From NCBI GenBank assembly GCA_049522055.1, contig JBEKOF010000009.1, forward strand, positions 1 through 36,544: a stretch of 36,544 nt of DNA, read 5' to 3'. Below the pieces are notes generated by a model that saw only the letters and a list, made by a program, of their open reading frames with translations, searched no databases and was not told the DNA's origin. Shown one piece after another: positions 26,331 to 35,181 of this stretch (the stretch's first letter is position 1; each line of letters opens with the position of its first letter). Origin of the DNA: Verrucomicrobiota bacterium (GTDB taxonomy: Bacteria > Verrucomicrobiota > Verrucomicrobiia > Limisphaerales > Palsa-1400). The position numbers were made by a program, and so were the translations under genes.

Positions 26331-27448
26331 AATGCCTTCCTTTGGTTCGTGGCAGCTAGCTTTTCAACCCCGCGGCTCACCGGGAATTGATGGTCGAGAA
26401 TGGCCTCGGCGGAGGCCGTGCAAATATCTCCGGGGATGTTCTGCCCGGTGCTCAGGTAGCGCAGGGGAAGATGGCCGCCGAGAACCAGGTTCCAGAGCTT
26501 TCCCCATCGCGGCTCTTCGTCCAGATGGGTGATGATGAGGTCCTCCACCGGCAATGGGGCAAAGGCCCGCACTTGGGCCAGGGTCACGGAGATATCATAG
26601 GCGCCGTTGAGGGCCAGGTGGAGGCGCGGCGCGCTGAATTGTTTTAATCGGCCCGCCAACTCCTGGATCGCCTCGGCTTTCCGCCAATCCACCCCCGGCA
26701 AATCAATGAAACCAATGTCTTCGGCAATGTTCCCCCCGCCCGTTCCCCAGGAGCGCTCGCTGGGCACGTGCAAAATTTCGCAATAGACGGTCAGCGATTC
26801 TGCCATGTTGGCCGTGGCCCCATCCAGCCGCCACACGCGGGCCAGTCGTCCCTCCACCAAGGCGGCTTGGGTGAGCCATTTGCAAAGGCAGGTCGTCTTG
26901 CCCGAACCGGACGGGCCGATCACCGCGTGCAGCGAATGGGCGGGCGAGGCCTGCGCCGGCCGCCACGCCGCCGCCAGAAACGCCCGCGCCAGCCCGATTT
27001 CCTCCCCCAGCGACGCCGGCGCATTGTCTCCGTGCCGCCGGCGCACCTGGTCCAGGACGCGCTGGGCATAAAGCGGCTGCAATCCCGTTTTTTGCAGCAC
27101 CTCGCCCAGCCGCCAGCCGTTGGTGTCCAATTCGGCCACCTCCGCGGTGAATTCCGGCAGGAGGACCGTGCCCGCCTCCGCCTTTCCGGGAGGCGTCTTG
27201 ACCTGCTGTTCGATCTGGTCCAGACGCTGCCGGAACTCTTCCAGCGCCTGGGAAACGGGAGCCGCCTCCCCTGGCGGCGTTTGGGGACGATGGGCCAGCA
27301 CTTCGATCATCGGTTTTTGCCAAAGGCGGGCCAGGCCGTTGGCGGGCAGCGGGCGGACGTGGAGCACCACAGCCTCCGGCCCCAGCCGGGCGCGAATCTG
27401 CGCCACGGCCTCCTCGGCCGACGCGGCTACGAAAGCGATGGGTTCCAT
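26327..27448 (-). CDS. FlhF-like SRP-family GTPase
   Basis: ORF 26327..27514 trimmed to MEPIAFVAASAEEAVAQIRARLGPEAVVLHVRP (FlhF B-domain-like N-terminus). The G-domain has P-loop VIGPSGSGKTT, then IDLPGVD (in the position of DTAGR) and LIITHLDEEPRWGKLWNLV (in the position of TKLDET...G). There is no M-domain and no FtsY-like A/N domain. Confidence 0.55.
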   Translation of the reverse strand: MEPIAFVAASAEEAVAQIRARLGPEAVVLHVRPLPANGLARLWQKPMIEVLAHRPQTPPGEAAPVSQALEEFRQRLDQIEQQVKTPPGKAEAGTVLLPEFTAEVAELDTNGWRLGEVLQKTGLQPLYAQRVLDQVRRRHGDNAPASLGEEIGLARAFLAAAWRPAQASPAHSLHAVIGPSGSGKTTCLCKWLTQAALVEGRLARVWRLDGATANMAESLTVYCEILHVPSERSWGTGGGNIAEDIGFIDLPGVDWRKAEAIQELAGRLKQFSAPRLHLALNGAYDISVTLAQVRAFAPLPVEDLIITHLDEEPRWGKLWNLVLGGHLPLRYLSTGQNIPGDICTASAEAILDHQFPVSRGVEKLAATNQRKAL

Positions 27449-27552
27449 GTTCAACGCGATTTCATAATCTAACGCCAAAGCGCCTCCTTTCCAAGTCCAT
27501 TCGCCGACAACCATTACACGCCTCTTGACTCCCGTCCCAGGCGGTTCACAGT

Positions 27553-29610
27553 ATGTGTCTCCATGCGCCCATGAACATGGACAATCCCACTAAAACCGCG
27601 GCGGCTGACGGCCCGAATGACGTTGCCGGCACCCCTTTCGGGAGGGACATTTCTGCCGAGGTCTTCAAGAAATGTCTCCTTTACCTCTTTTTGTTGGGAT
27701 TGATCGTGCGCGCCGGATTCCTGGTCGAGCACGCCCACAGCCCGTCATTTGGCGTGCTCACGCTGGACCAAAAGTATTACGACACCGCGGCCAAAATGCT
27801 CCTGGCCGGCGAAGACCTTCATCTGCTTCGCGGATTAAGGCCGCTGCTCTACCCGATGTTCCTGGCCGTGCTTTACAAGCTGGGCGGCCCGCACGGAATT
27901 GACCTGGCGGTGATCACGCAACATCTCCTTGGAGTGGGGACGGGTGTGATTGTGGCCCTGTTGGGCGCGCGGTTGTTCCGGCACCGGCTTTGCGGCCTGG
28001 CGGGCGGGGTCTTGTACCTGCTGGCCCCGGTGCCGCTTTACTTTGAAGGCGAGTTGTTGATTGAGCCCAGCTACATTTTCCTGATCTGTCTGGCGCTGCT
28101 GCTGCACTTTCGCGCCGCGGAAGCCGCCGGAGGCAAGGGGGGCCTGCTTTGGCTGGCTTGCGGCGGCTTGGTGGCGCTGATCGCGCAGGCGCGCGCGAAC
28201 ATCCTCGTGTTCATGGCCGTCTATCCGCTCCTGGCGGGCTGGCATTGCTGGCGCTCGCGCCGGCCGGCGGCGCTCCTGCCTCTGTTGGGGCTGGCCGGCG
28301 GGGTGGCCATGGCCGTGCCGTGGGGATTTGTCAACAAGATGCAATCCGACCATTTCCAGGTGATCCCGTCCGCCGGCGGGGTGAACCTTTATCTGGGCAA
28401 CAAGCGCACGGCCGATGGCATGGTGGTGGAACTCAACCGGCGTGTCAATTACAGCGAGCGCTATGAAGATTCGGTGGAAATCTGGGCGCGCCAGGAATAC
28501 GAGGCGGCCATGCGCGCGCAGGGCCTCCAGCCTGAAAACAGTCCCATGGCCATCTCCCGCTATTGGACCCGCCGGGCCATCGCCGAGGTCCAGGCCGCCC
28601 CGGCCGCCTGGCTGCATCTCATGGCCAAGAAATGCTGGCTCACGCTCTGGAACGCCGAAGTGCCCAACAACAAATCCTTCGCCTTTCTTGAGCGGGAATT
28701 CTTGTGGCTACGCCTGCTGCCGGTGCGCTGGGTGGTGTTGCTCATGCTGGCGCCCGCTGGAATTTGGGCCGCCGCCAAATGGGGAAACCGCGACGCGCTT
28801 TTTATTCTGCTTGTTTACGCCTCCCTTTACCTGGGGACAAATGTCGCCTTCTTCATCTGCGACCGCTACCGTTACCCGGTCTGGCCGGCCCTGGCCGCCA
28901 TCGGCGGCGGCGGCTTGCTGGCCTTTGTCGCGGCGTTGCGGCGGCAGCGCTGGCGTGCGGCGCTCTGCCTTGCGGCGGGCATGGCTTTGATGGCCGCCCT
29001 TTCGCTGCCCAACTGGTTCGGGGCCAGGCTCCCGAACTTTGCGCGCGATTATCTTTTCCGTTCCATCGCCTGGTACGAAAAGGGGCGTTTCCCGGAGGCC
29101 TTGAGCGACATCGAACGCAGTGTGGCTTTGGATCCGCAGGACGTGACCGCGCTGCATCATCGCGGCAACGTCTTGCTGGCGCTGAACCGGTTGGAGGAAG
29201 CCCGGCAGGATTTCGAGCGGACCTTGAAAATCAATGCCGGGGATTCGGGCGTATGGAACAATTACGGAGCGGCGCTGGAGGGCCTGGGCCGGACCAACGA
29301 GGCCTTTGCGGCGTATCGTCGCGCCACGCAATGCGAGGCGCCGAGCAGAAACGCCTTCCTTTCATTGGCCTTCCTGCATATCCGCGCCGGGCGCCTCGAT
29401 GAAGCCGCCGCCGAGCTGGATCAGCTCCAAGAGCAGAAGCCCGGGCCGGATGCGGTGGCATTGGCCATCCGCTCCGTTCTCGCCCGCAAGCGCGGGGATC
29501 CCCGTCAAGCCGGCGCGCTGGAGCAACAAGCCCGCGGTCTGGACGCCGATGCCGCCGCCTGGGCCATCGCCCGCGCCACCACCGGCGGCCAGACCCCGCG
29601 CTCCGACTGA
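27553..29610 (+). CDS. GT39 (PMT_2 / ArnT-like) membrane glycosyltransferase with C-terminal TPR repeats
   Basis: 685 aa with about 11 TM helices. The first loop has ...FGVLTLDQKYYDTAAKMLLAGEDLH.... The C-terminal ~200 aa are TPR-like (YLFRSIAWYEKGRFPEALSDIERSVALDPQDVTALHHRGNVLLALNRLEEARQDFERTLKINAGDSGVWNNYGAAL...). In-frame ATGs at 27571 and 27577 are alternative starts. Confidence 0.7.
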   Translation: MCLHAPMNMDNPTKTAAADGPNDVAGTPFGRDISAEVFKKCLLYLFLLGLIVRAGFLVEHAHSPSFGVLTLDQKYYDTAAKMLLAGEDLHLLRGLRPLLYPMFLAVLYKLGGPHGIDLAVITQHLLGVGTGVIVALLGARLFRHRLCGLAGGVLYLLAPVPLYFEGELLIEPSYIFLICLALLLHFRAAEAAGGKGGLLWLACGGLVALIAQARANILVFMAVYPLLAGWHCWRSRRPAALLPLLGLAGGVAMAVPWGFVNKMQSDHFQVIPSAGGVNLYLGNKRTADGMVVELNRRVNYSERYEDSVEIWARQEYEAAMRAQGLQPENSPMAISRYWTRRAIAEVQAAPAAWLHLMAKKCWLTLWNAEVPNNKSFAFLEREFLWLRLLPVRWVVLLMLAPAGIWAAAKWGNRDALFILLVYASLYLGTNVAFFICDRYRYPVWPALAAIGGGGLLAFVAALRRQRWRAALCLAAGMALMAALSLPNWFGARLPNFARDYLFRSIAWYEKGRFPEALSDIERSVALDPQDVTALHHRGNVLLALNRLEEARQDFERTLKINAGDSGVWNNYGAALEGLGRTNEAFAAYRRATQCEAPSRNAFLSLAFLHIRAGRLDEAAAELDQLQEQKPGPDAVALAIRSVLARKRGDPRQAGALEQQARGLDADAAAWAIARATTGGQTPRSD

Positions 29611-29694
29611 GGCAAGCTTATGAAAATGCTTTTGATCTTGCGCCAACGAACACGACCGGGAAATTGCAGCCCCTTATGCCGCGGCCTCCTTATC

Positions 29695-29723
29695 TTGCCG
29701 GCCATGGCCGCATGACAATAATT
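29695..29723 (+). promoter_or_regulatory. weak sigma70-like promoter candidate upstream of the Mqn-family gene
   Basis: ttgccg, a 17-nt spacer, then ataatt (29718-29723). The -35 element is weak. Confidence 0.2.
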
Positions 29724-29785
29724 GAAACGCCCCGGCTCCGCATTCTCGTGCTGACAAAGGGGCGGCCCGCGGGCTATTTTCACGC

Positions 29786-30634
29786 ATGGCGCAAACTTTA
29801 ACCCTGGGACATTCCCCCGACCCGGACGACGCATTCATGTTTTATGCGCTGGCCAGGGAATTGATTCCCACGCACGGATTCGCGTTCCAACACATTCTCC
29901 AGGACATCCAAACCCTCAATGAGCGCGCGACGCGCGGCGAGCTGGACATTTCGGCCATCAGCTTCCACGCCTACGCCCATGTCAGCGGCCAGTACGCCCT
30001 GCTTCCCAGCGGGGCGAGCATGGGCGACGGCTATGGCCCGATGGTCGTCGCGCCCCGCGCGCTGACGCGGGCCGAACTGGCGGACAAAAAAATCGCCGTC
30101 CCCGGAACCATGACCAGCGCGTTCCTGGCCCTGCAACTCTGGCTGGAGCGTCCGGCGGCCCGCCTCAACTTTGTCGTCGTTCCCTTTGACCGGATTTTTC
30201 AGGGCGTGCGGAGCGGGGCGGCCGAGGCCGGATTGATCATTCACGAAGGCCAGTTGACTTTCCAAAGCGAGGGCCTGGCGCTGTGCGAAGATTTGGGCGC
30301 GTGGTGGAAGCGGGAGCAGGACGGCCTGCCGCTGCCGCTGGGCGGGAACGTGATCCACAAACGGCTGCCCGTCCCGGCGCGACGGATCGTCGCGGAAGTT
30401 TTAAAGGCGAGCATCCAATTCAGCCTGGAGCACCGCGCCGAGGCGGTGGCCCACGCCCTGCCCTACGCGCGCGACATGGGGATGGATTTGGCCGACCGGT
30501 TTGTCGGCATGTATGTCAATCATTGGACGCTGGATTACGGCCAGGCGGGGCGGGAGGCGATTGGGCGTTTCCTGCGCCTGGCGCACCAGCGCGGGCTGCT
30601 GCCGCGGCCGCCGGAGTTGGAATTCGTCGTTTGA
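29786..30634 (+). CDS. menaquinone (futalosine-pathway) biosynthesis protein of the MqnA/MqnD family (PF02621), MqnD-like
   Basis: The N-terminal LGHSPDPDDAFMFYAL follows the L-G-x-S-P-x-P-x-D-x-F-x-F-Y-A-L pattern that I recall from 1,4-dihydroxy-6-naphthoate synthase-type proteins. The ~280-aa size is consistent with this periplasmic-binding-protein-like fold family. Confidence 0.6.
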   Translation: MAQTLTLGHSPDPDDAFMFYALARELIPTHGFAFQHILQDIQTLNERATRGELDISAISFHAYAHVSGQYALLPSGASMGDGYGPMVVAPRALTRAELADKKIAVPGTMTSAFLALQLWLERPAARLNFVVVPFDRIFQGVRSGAAEAGLIIHEGQLTFQSEGLALCEDLGAWWKREQDGLPLPLGGNVIHKRLPVPARRIVAEVLKASIQFSLEHRAEAVAHALPYARDMGMDLADRFVGMYVNHWTLDYGQAGREAIGRFLRLAHQRGLLPRPPELEFVV

Positions 30635-30641
30635 ACCGGCC

Positions 30642-31433
30642 TTATTTCAACCCGCCGTGAAAATAATCCTTCTCGTACTTGGCCAGTTCTTTGTTGACCT
30701 TCTTGAGATCAACGCTTGGCGGCACAATGAAGGCCGTCCAGGCCGGGCGCTGGGGCATTTTGTCAATGGCTTCAAAGAGCGATTTCAGCCCGTCGGTGCC
30801 CTCGGCGCAATTGAGCGAGTTGAGGGTCGCGGCCTTGAGGCTGCTTTCCCACTCCGCCGGGGCGAGGAAGGTGGTGATGGGGACCAGTTTGCCGGCGAGC
30901 ATCTGGTTGCTGTATTTGGCGAAATGCCCCAGGTAACTGTGGGCCAGACTGATGGCCATGGTCATGCTGAGAATTTGGTTGAAATAGGTGATCTGGTCGT
31001 TCATCACCTCATCGTTCCAATAGCGATTGTCCACCATGTCGGGCGGCTCGGGCGGAGCATCGGTACCCTTGTCGTGGGCCAGATTGAGGACATATTGCGC
31101 GAAATAACCGGGCTGGATTCGATCAATGGCCCTGGCATGGGCGATGTGGTTGATCAAATCAATGAAGCCGACGGAAATGAAAATCTGGTTCAGCGCCTTG
31201 TTCTCGTCGTCGCCGGGAACGGGCGTGATCACGGGCGCATCTACCAGTCCTAGGCGGATCATGTCTGGATCCACCTTTTTCTGGTACTTCTCGTCGAGCG
31301 TATCGAAAAGGTCATTGCCGATCTTGCGCACGGCCTTCAGGGCGGTGGCGTTGTAAACGTGCGGCGGCGGCTCGGGCGCCGCCAGCGCCGGAACCACGAT
31401 GGCGAGCCATGCCGCTGCTATCAGTTTTTTCAT
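30642..31433 (-). CDS. secreted hypothetical protein
   Basis: ORF 30642..31454 trimmed to the signal peptide MKKLIAAAWLAIVVPALAA. No family recognised. Confidence 0.45.
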   Translation of the reverse strand: MKKLIAAAWLAIVVPALAAPEPPPHVYNATALKAVRKIGNDLFDTLDEKYQKKVDPDMIRLGLVDAPVITPVPGDDENKALNQIFISVGFIDLINHIAHARAIDRIQPGYFAQYVLNLAHDKGTDAPPEPPDMVDNRYWNDEVMNDQITYFNQILSMTMAISLAHSYLGHFAKYSNQMLAGKLVPITTFLAPAEWESSLKAATLNSLNCAEGTDGLKSLFEAIDKMPQRPAWTAFIVPPSVDLKKVNKELAKYEKDYFHGGLK

Positions 31434-31616
31434 CTCTTTCCAGACCATTGCCAAAGCCGGGTTGTGTGTGAACTCTCCATTTGATTATCGGCCTCTCCGC
31501 GTTAGATCATAAATGACCTTTGGCGGTCAGCCGCGCCAGGCAGGCCGTCTGGCCCGCCCTTGCTTGCGTCCAGTTTTGGTCGGAATCGCGCCGGATGACA
31601 AGGAGAAACGCCCGGT

Positions 31617-32645
31617 TCACTGGCGCCCCGGCCATTGGATCGCGGCGCTCACCGGCTTGATTTCACGGGGCTTTTCCTCCACCGCCTCCTTGTAGGCCAG
31701 AATTCCATTGACGATGCTTTGCGCCATCCGCTGGCGAAACTCCGCGTCGTAGATTTTTTTGGAGTCCTGTGGATCGGTCATGAAGCCGCCCTCGATGAGG
31801 ATGGCCGGCATCTGGGCGTCGCGCAGGACCTCCAGGTGGGAGCGTTTCACGCCGATGTCCTCCAAGGGCAGCTTGGGGGTGATGTTTTTGAGCACCTCAT
31901 AAGCCAGCAGGATGTTGTGGTCGTCCTGGCCGTTCCCCGCGCAAGCGGGCGCGTGGCCCCGCCCGCCTCCGGCGTTGCTGGAATTCATCCCCGCTGGGGG
32001 CAGGCAGTGGACTTCCACTCCGCGCACACGGGTGGAATCCGAATTGTAATGGAGGCTCACGAACAGGTCCGCCCCGGCGCGCGACGCCAGCGCCGACCGT
32101 TCCGGCAAGCCGACAAAAACATCGGACGCGCGGGTGAGAACCACCTTGAAGCCCGCGTCCCGCAGGAGCTTTTCCGTGGCCAGCGCCAGCAACAGCGTGT
32201 ATTTCTTTTCGAAGTTTCTCCCGTCAATGTTGCCCGGGTCCTTCCCGCCGTGGCCGGGGTCCAGGCAAATGGTCCGCACCGGGAGGCTCGATTTATGTGG
32301 AAACAGGACCGGCTCCAGATTTTTCTGGACATCGGAGAGCGAAATCAAGGCAACCCTGCCGCGGCTGATCACGGGAAGGCAGAGCATCACCGTCACGCCG
32401 CAAATTTGCGATTTGCGCGCATTGCGCGCATCGGTGGCGAATCTCAGGCCGGCGGATTGATTGGTCAGCTCGATGGGATCATTCTTGTCGCGCCAGGTCA
32501 TCTTGAATCCATTGGACTCCGCCCACTCGCCCAGACGCACGTAATCCTCGCCATCCACCGGGATGAGTTCCAGGCCCTGGATGGCCGCATGGGCCGGGGC
32601 AGCCAGAACAACGGCGAGCAGAACGGCGGCAAACGAGGCTTTCAT
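31617..32645 (-). CDS. N-acetylmuramoyl-L-alanine amidase (Amidase_3 family, AmiC-like)
   Basis: ORF 31617..32726 trimmed to the signal peptide MKASFAAVLLAVVLAAPAHA (ATG 32645). It has an N-terminal AMIN-like region and a catalytic domain with ICLDPGHGGKDPG...VVLTR...ADLFVSLHYNS...EGGFMT. Confidence 0.8.
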   Translation of the reverse strand: MKASFAAVLLAVVLAAPAHAAIQGLELIPVDGEDYVRLGEWAESNGFKMTWRDKNDPIELTNQSAGLRFATDARNARKSQICGVTVMLCLPVISRGRVALISLSDVQKNLEPVLFPHKSSLPVRTICLDPGHGGKDPGNIDGRNFEKKYTLLLALATEKLLRDAGFKVVLTRASDVFVGLPERSALASRAGADLFVSLHYNSDSTRVRGVEVHCLPPAGMNSSNAGGGRGHAPACAGNGQDDHNILLAYEVLKNITPKLPLEDIGVKRSHLEVLRDAQMPAILIEGGFMTDPQDSKKIYDAEFRQRMAQSIVNGILAYKEAVEEKPREIKPVSAAIQWPGRQ

Positions 32646-32740
32646 CTGTGCGGAATTTGCATGGAGAACACAGGCACACGCAAGTTCAAAGCGCAGAATT
32701 GTGTCTTGCCATCCTCCCCGCCGCAAACCGCTAAAAACCG

Positions 32741-32769
32741 TTGACGCTCATCTTCCTGCCACCTAGATT
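32741..32769 (+). promoter_or_regulatory. sigma70-like promoter candidate for sucC
   Basis: ttgacg (32741-32746), a 17-nt spacer, then tagatt (32764-32769). It lies in the divergent amidase/sucC intergenic region about 125 nt upstream of sucC. Confidence 0.3.
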
Positions 32770-32894
32770 CTTGGCGCAGCTTGTGTCCCAACTGTCAGGA
32801 AAGAAAGTCTTTTTGATGCATGCCAGTTTTATGAATTCGACGACGAGCGAAGAACCTTCGCTGGAAGCGGCGCCAGGACTGGATTAATCCCTCC

Positions 32895-34100
32895 ATGAAC
32901 ATCCACGAATTCCAGGCCAAACAACTGCTGGCCCAATACGGCGTTGTGATTCCGCCCGGCGAAGTGTGCGCCTCGCCCGACTCCGCCCGGCAAGTGGCCG
33001 AACATCTCCTCGCCCAGGGCTGGAAACTCCTCGCCGTCAAATCCCAGATCCACGCCGGAGGGCGCGGCAAGGGCACATTTAAAAGCGGCTTCCACGGCGG
33101 CGTCAAACTTTGCCAGACCGCCGGGGATGTTCTTGAAATGGCCAAAGCCATGCTCGGCAACGTCCTGGTCACCAAACAAACCGGGCCGGAGGGCCGTTTG
33201 GTCAACAAGGTTCTCGTCGTCGGCGCTCCGGCCATCAAAAAGGAACTCTATGCCGCCGTCTTGCTGGACCGCGCCGCCTCCCGTCCCATTGTCATGGCCA
33301 GCACCGAAGGCGGGGTGGACATCGAGGAGGTCGCCGCCAAACACCCTAGGAAAATCATCAAGGAAACGGTCAATCCAGCGGTGGGACTGATGCCCTATCA
33401 AGGGCGCAAGCTGGCCTTCGCCTTGGGTTTCAGAGGGGAATTGATCGCCGCCGGGGCGCGCCAGTTCGCCGGGCTTTACAAAACCTGGTGGGAATGCGAC
33501 GCCAGCATGGTGGAAATCAACCCCCTGTGCATCATCGCCACCCCGGAGGGCAAAGAGGCCCTGATGGCAGTGGACGCCAAAATGAGCCTCGACGACAACG
33601 CGCTCTATCGCCACCCCAACCTCCAGGCCATGCGCGACCTGGCCGAAGAGGCGCCGCTGGAAATCGAAGCCAGCAAGTTCAACCTCAACTACATCAAGCT
33701 GGATGGCAACATCGCCTGTCTGGTCAACGGCGCCGGCCTGGCCATGGCGACCATGGACATCATCCAGCATTATGGCGGCCAACCGGCCAATTTCCTCGAC
33801 GTCGGCGGAGGCGCGAGCAAGGAACAAGTCACCGCCGCCTTCAAAATCATTTTGAGCGACCCCAACGTCAAAGGTATCCTGGTCAACATTTTTGGCGGCA
33901 TCATGGATTGCAACATCATCGCCGCCGGCATCATCTCGGCGGTCCGGGAGACCGGTCTGAAACTGCCCCTCGTCGTCCGCTTGGAAGGCAACAACGTCGT
34001 GGCGGGCAGGCAGGCGCTGGCCCAATCCGCCGTGGCCGTCATCAGCGCCGATTCCATGGCCGACGCGGCCCAAAAAGTGGTGCAAGCTGTGCCAAGATGA
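32895..34100 (+). CDS. sucC: succinyl-CoA ligase (ADP-forming) subunit beta
   Basis: 401 aa: MNIHEFQAKQLLAQYGV... with an ATP-grasp N-terminus and a CoA-ligase C-terminal domain (GNIACLVNGAGLAMATMDII...GGIMDCN). Confidence 0.95.
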   Translation: MNIHEFQAKQLLAQYGVVIPPGEVCASPDSARQVAEHLLAQGWKLLAVKSQIHAGGRGKGTFKSGFHGGVKLCQTAGDVLEMAKAMLGNVLVTKQTGPEGRLVNKVLVVGAPAIKKELYAAVLLDRAASRPIVMASTEGGVDIEEVAAKHPRKIIKETVNPAVGLMPYQGRKLAFALGFRGELIAAGARQFAGLYKTWWECDASMVEINPLCIIATPEGKEALMAVDAKMSLDDNALYRHPNLQAMRDLAEEAPLEIEASKFNLNYIKLDGNIACLVNGAGLAMATMDIIQHYGGQPANFLDVGGGASKEQVTAAFKIILSDPNVKGILVNIFGGIMDCNIIAAGIISAVRETGLKLPLVVRLEGNNVVAGRQALAQSAVAVISADSMADAAQKVVQAVPR

Positions 34101-34112
34101 TAATTTGACCGC

Positions 34113-34535
34113 ATGAAAAACCGTATGGGAACCTTTTACACAAAATGCAAAGTGGAAAACCACGTTGACCGGAAGAAATCCGCGGAAGTTCCGAAAATGC
34201 TCGTGGACAGCGGCGCGGAATTTACTTGGATCAACGCGGAGACGCTGAAAAATATCGGGGTTAAACCCGAGAAAAAGGATTACACCTTCTTGATGGCCAA
34301 TGGACAACACATCACCCGTCCGGTTGGTTTTGCCATCCTTCACGTTGGCGACGCGGTCACAATTGACGAAGTGATCTTTGGCGAGCCGGGAGACTTGCAA
34401 ATCCTCGGCGCGCGGTCGCTGGAAGGAATGAATTTGCGCGTGGATTCCCGCGCGAAAAAACTGGTGGCCGGCGGACCGATCCTGGCCGCCGCGCAGAAAA
34501 TCGGAATTGAAATATCAAGTGCCCCTTCGAATTAA
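34113..34535 (+). CDS. retropepsin-like (clan AA) aspartic protease domain protein
   Basis: 140 aa with the D-S-G-A active-site motif in hydrophobic context (KMLVDSGAEFTWINAETLKNIGV). The length and motif fit bacterial single-domain retropepsin-like proteases. Lower GC than flanking sucC. Confidence 0.5.
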   Translation: MKNRMGTFYTKCKVENHVDRKKSAEVPKMLVDSGAEFTWINAETLKNIGVKPEKKDYTFLMANGQHITRPVGFAILHVGDAVTIDEVIFGEPGDLQILGARSLEGMNLRVDSRAKKLVAGGPILAAAQKIGIEISSAPSN

Positions 34536-34549
34536 GAAAAATTTGATTT

Positions 34550-34918
34550 ATGCTCAACGCCACCGAAATTGCCTTCTGTTGTTACGCCGTCACCGACATG
34601 GCGCGCGCGCGGAAATTTTATGAGGGCGCGCTGGGGCTCAAGCCCGCCACAGCCCACGATTCCGAACATGGCCAGTGGGTTGAATATGAACTGGGGCCGC
34701 ACACCCTGGCCCTCGGCTCCTCCCCGGGCTTCAAGCCCAGCCCGGACGGCTGCTGCGTCGCGCTGGAAGTCGGGGACTTCGACGCCGCCATGGCCCATCT
34801 CCGCGCGCACGACGTGAAATTCCGCGTGGAGCCGACGCCCACGCCCGTCTGCCACATGGCCATGATATTTGACCCCGACGGCAACAGCATTTGCATCCAC
34901 AAACGGAAGGCAAAGTGA
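34550..34918 (+). CDS. VOC-family (glyoxalase/bleomycin-resistance/dioxygenase fold) protein
   Basis: 122 aa: AFCCYAVTDMARARKFYEGALGLKP...HTLAL...CCVALEVGDFDAAMAHLRAHDVKF...MAMIFDPDGNSICIH. This is the typical VOC beta-alpha-beta-beta-beta layout with candidate metal-ligand His/Glu positions. Confidence 0.6.
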   Translation: MLNATEIAFCCYAVTDMARARKFYEGALGLKPATAHDSEHGQWVEYELGPHTLALGSSPGFKPSPDGCCVALEVGDFDAAMAHLRAHDVKFRVEPTPTPVCHMAMIFDPDGNSICIHKRKAK

Positions 34919-34956
34919 CTGATTGAAAATTCGCGGCAGGCGCATAAATTGACTCC

Positions 34957-35181
34957 ATGATTGACGAAGCAACATTGGCGCAGATGAACGGCGAATATCT
35001 CATGCCGCCAGACGCTGGTCCGGCTTGGCGCGCAGCATTCGCCGCCGGAATCGACATGTCGCTCCTGGAGGAAAATTTGCGGCGCACTCCTTGGGAACGG
35101 CTGCTGGCAAACGACCGCGCGCTCGCGTTGGTTCGCGCCGTTCAAAGGGCCAAACCGGTCGATGATGGAATCGCTCACTGA
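34957..35181 (+). CDS. small hypothetical protein (74 aa) overlapping the start of the downstream nucleotidyltransferase-fold gene by 20 nt
   Basis: The ORF is in a different frame from the downstream gene and has a predicted helical character (..LRRTPWERLLANDRALALVRAVQRA..). No family recognised. It could be an antitoxin-like or regulatory partner, or it could be spurious. Confidence 0.3.
   Translation: MIDEATLAQMNGEYLMPPDAGPAWRAAFAAGIDMSLLEENLRRTPWERLLANDRALALVRAVQRAKPVDDGIAH

Noticed and set aside
26327-27448. Calling the SRP-type GTPase FtsY or Ffh
   Set aside because: It has no M-domain (Ffh) and no acidic A-domain with NG architecture of FtsY size. The TKLD/DTAGR motifs are replaced by THLDEE/DLPG. 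The N-terminus resembles an FlhF B-domain. FlhF-like is the better fit but is still a motif-level call.
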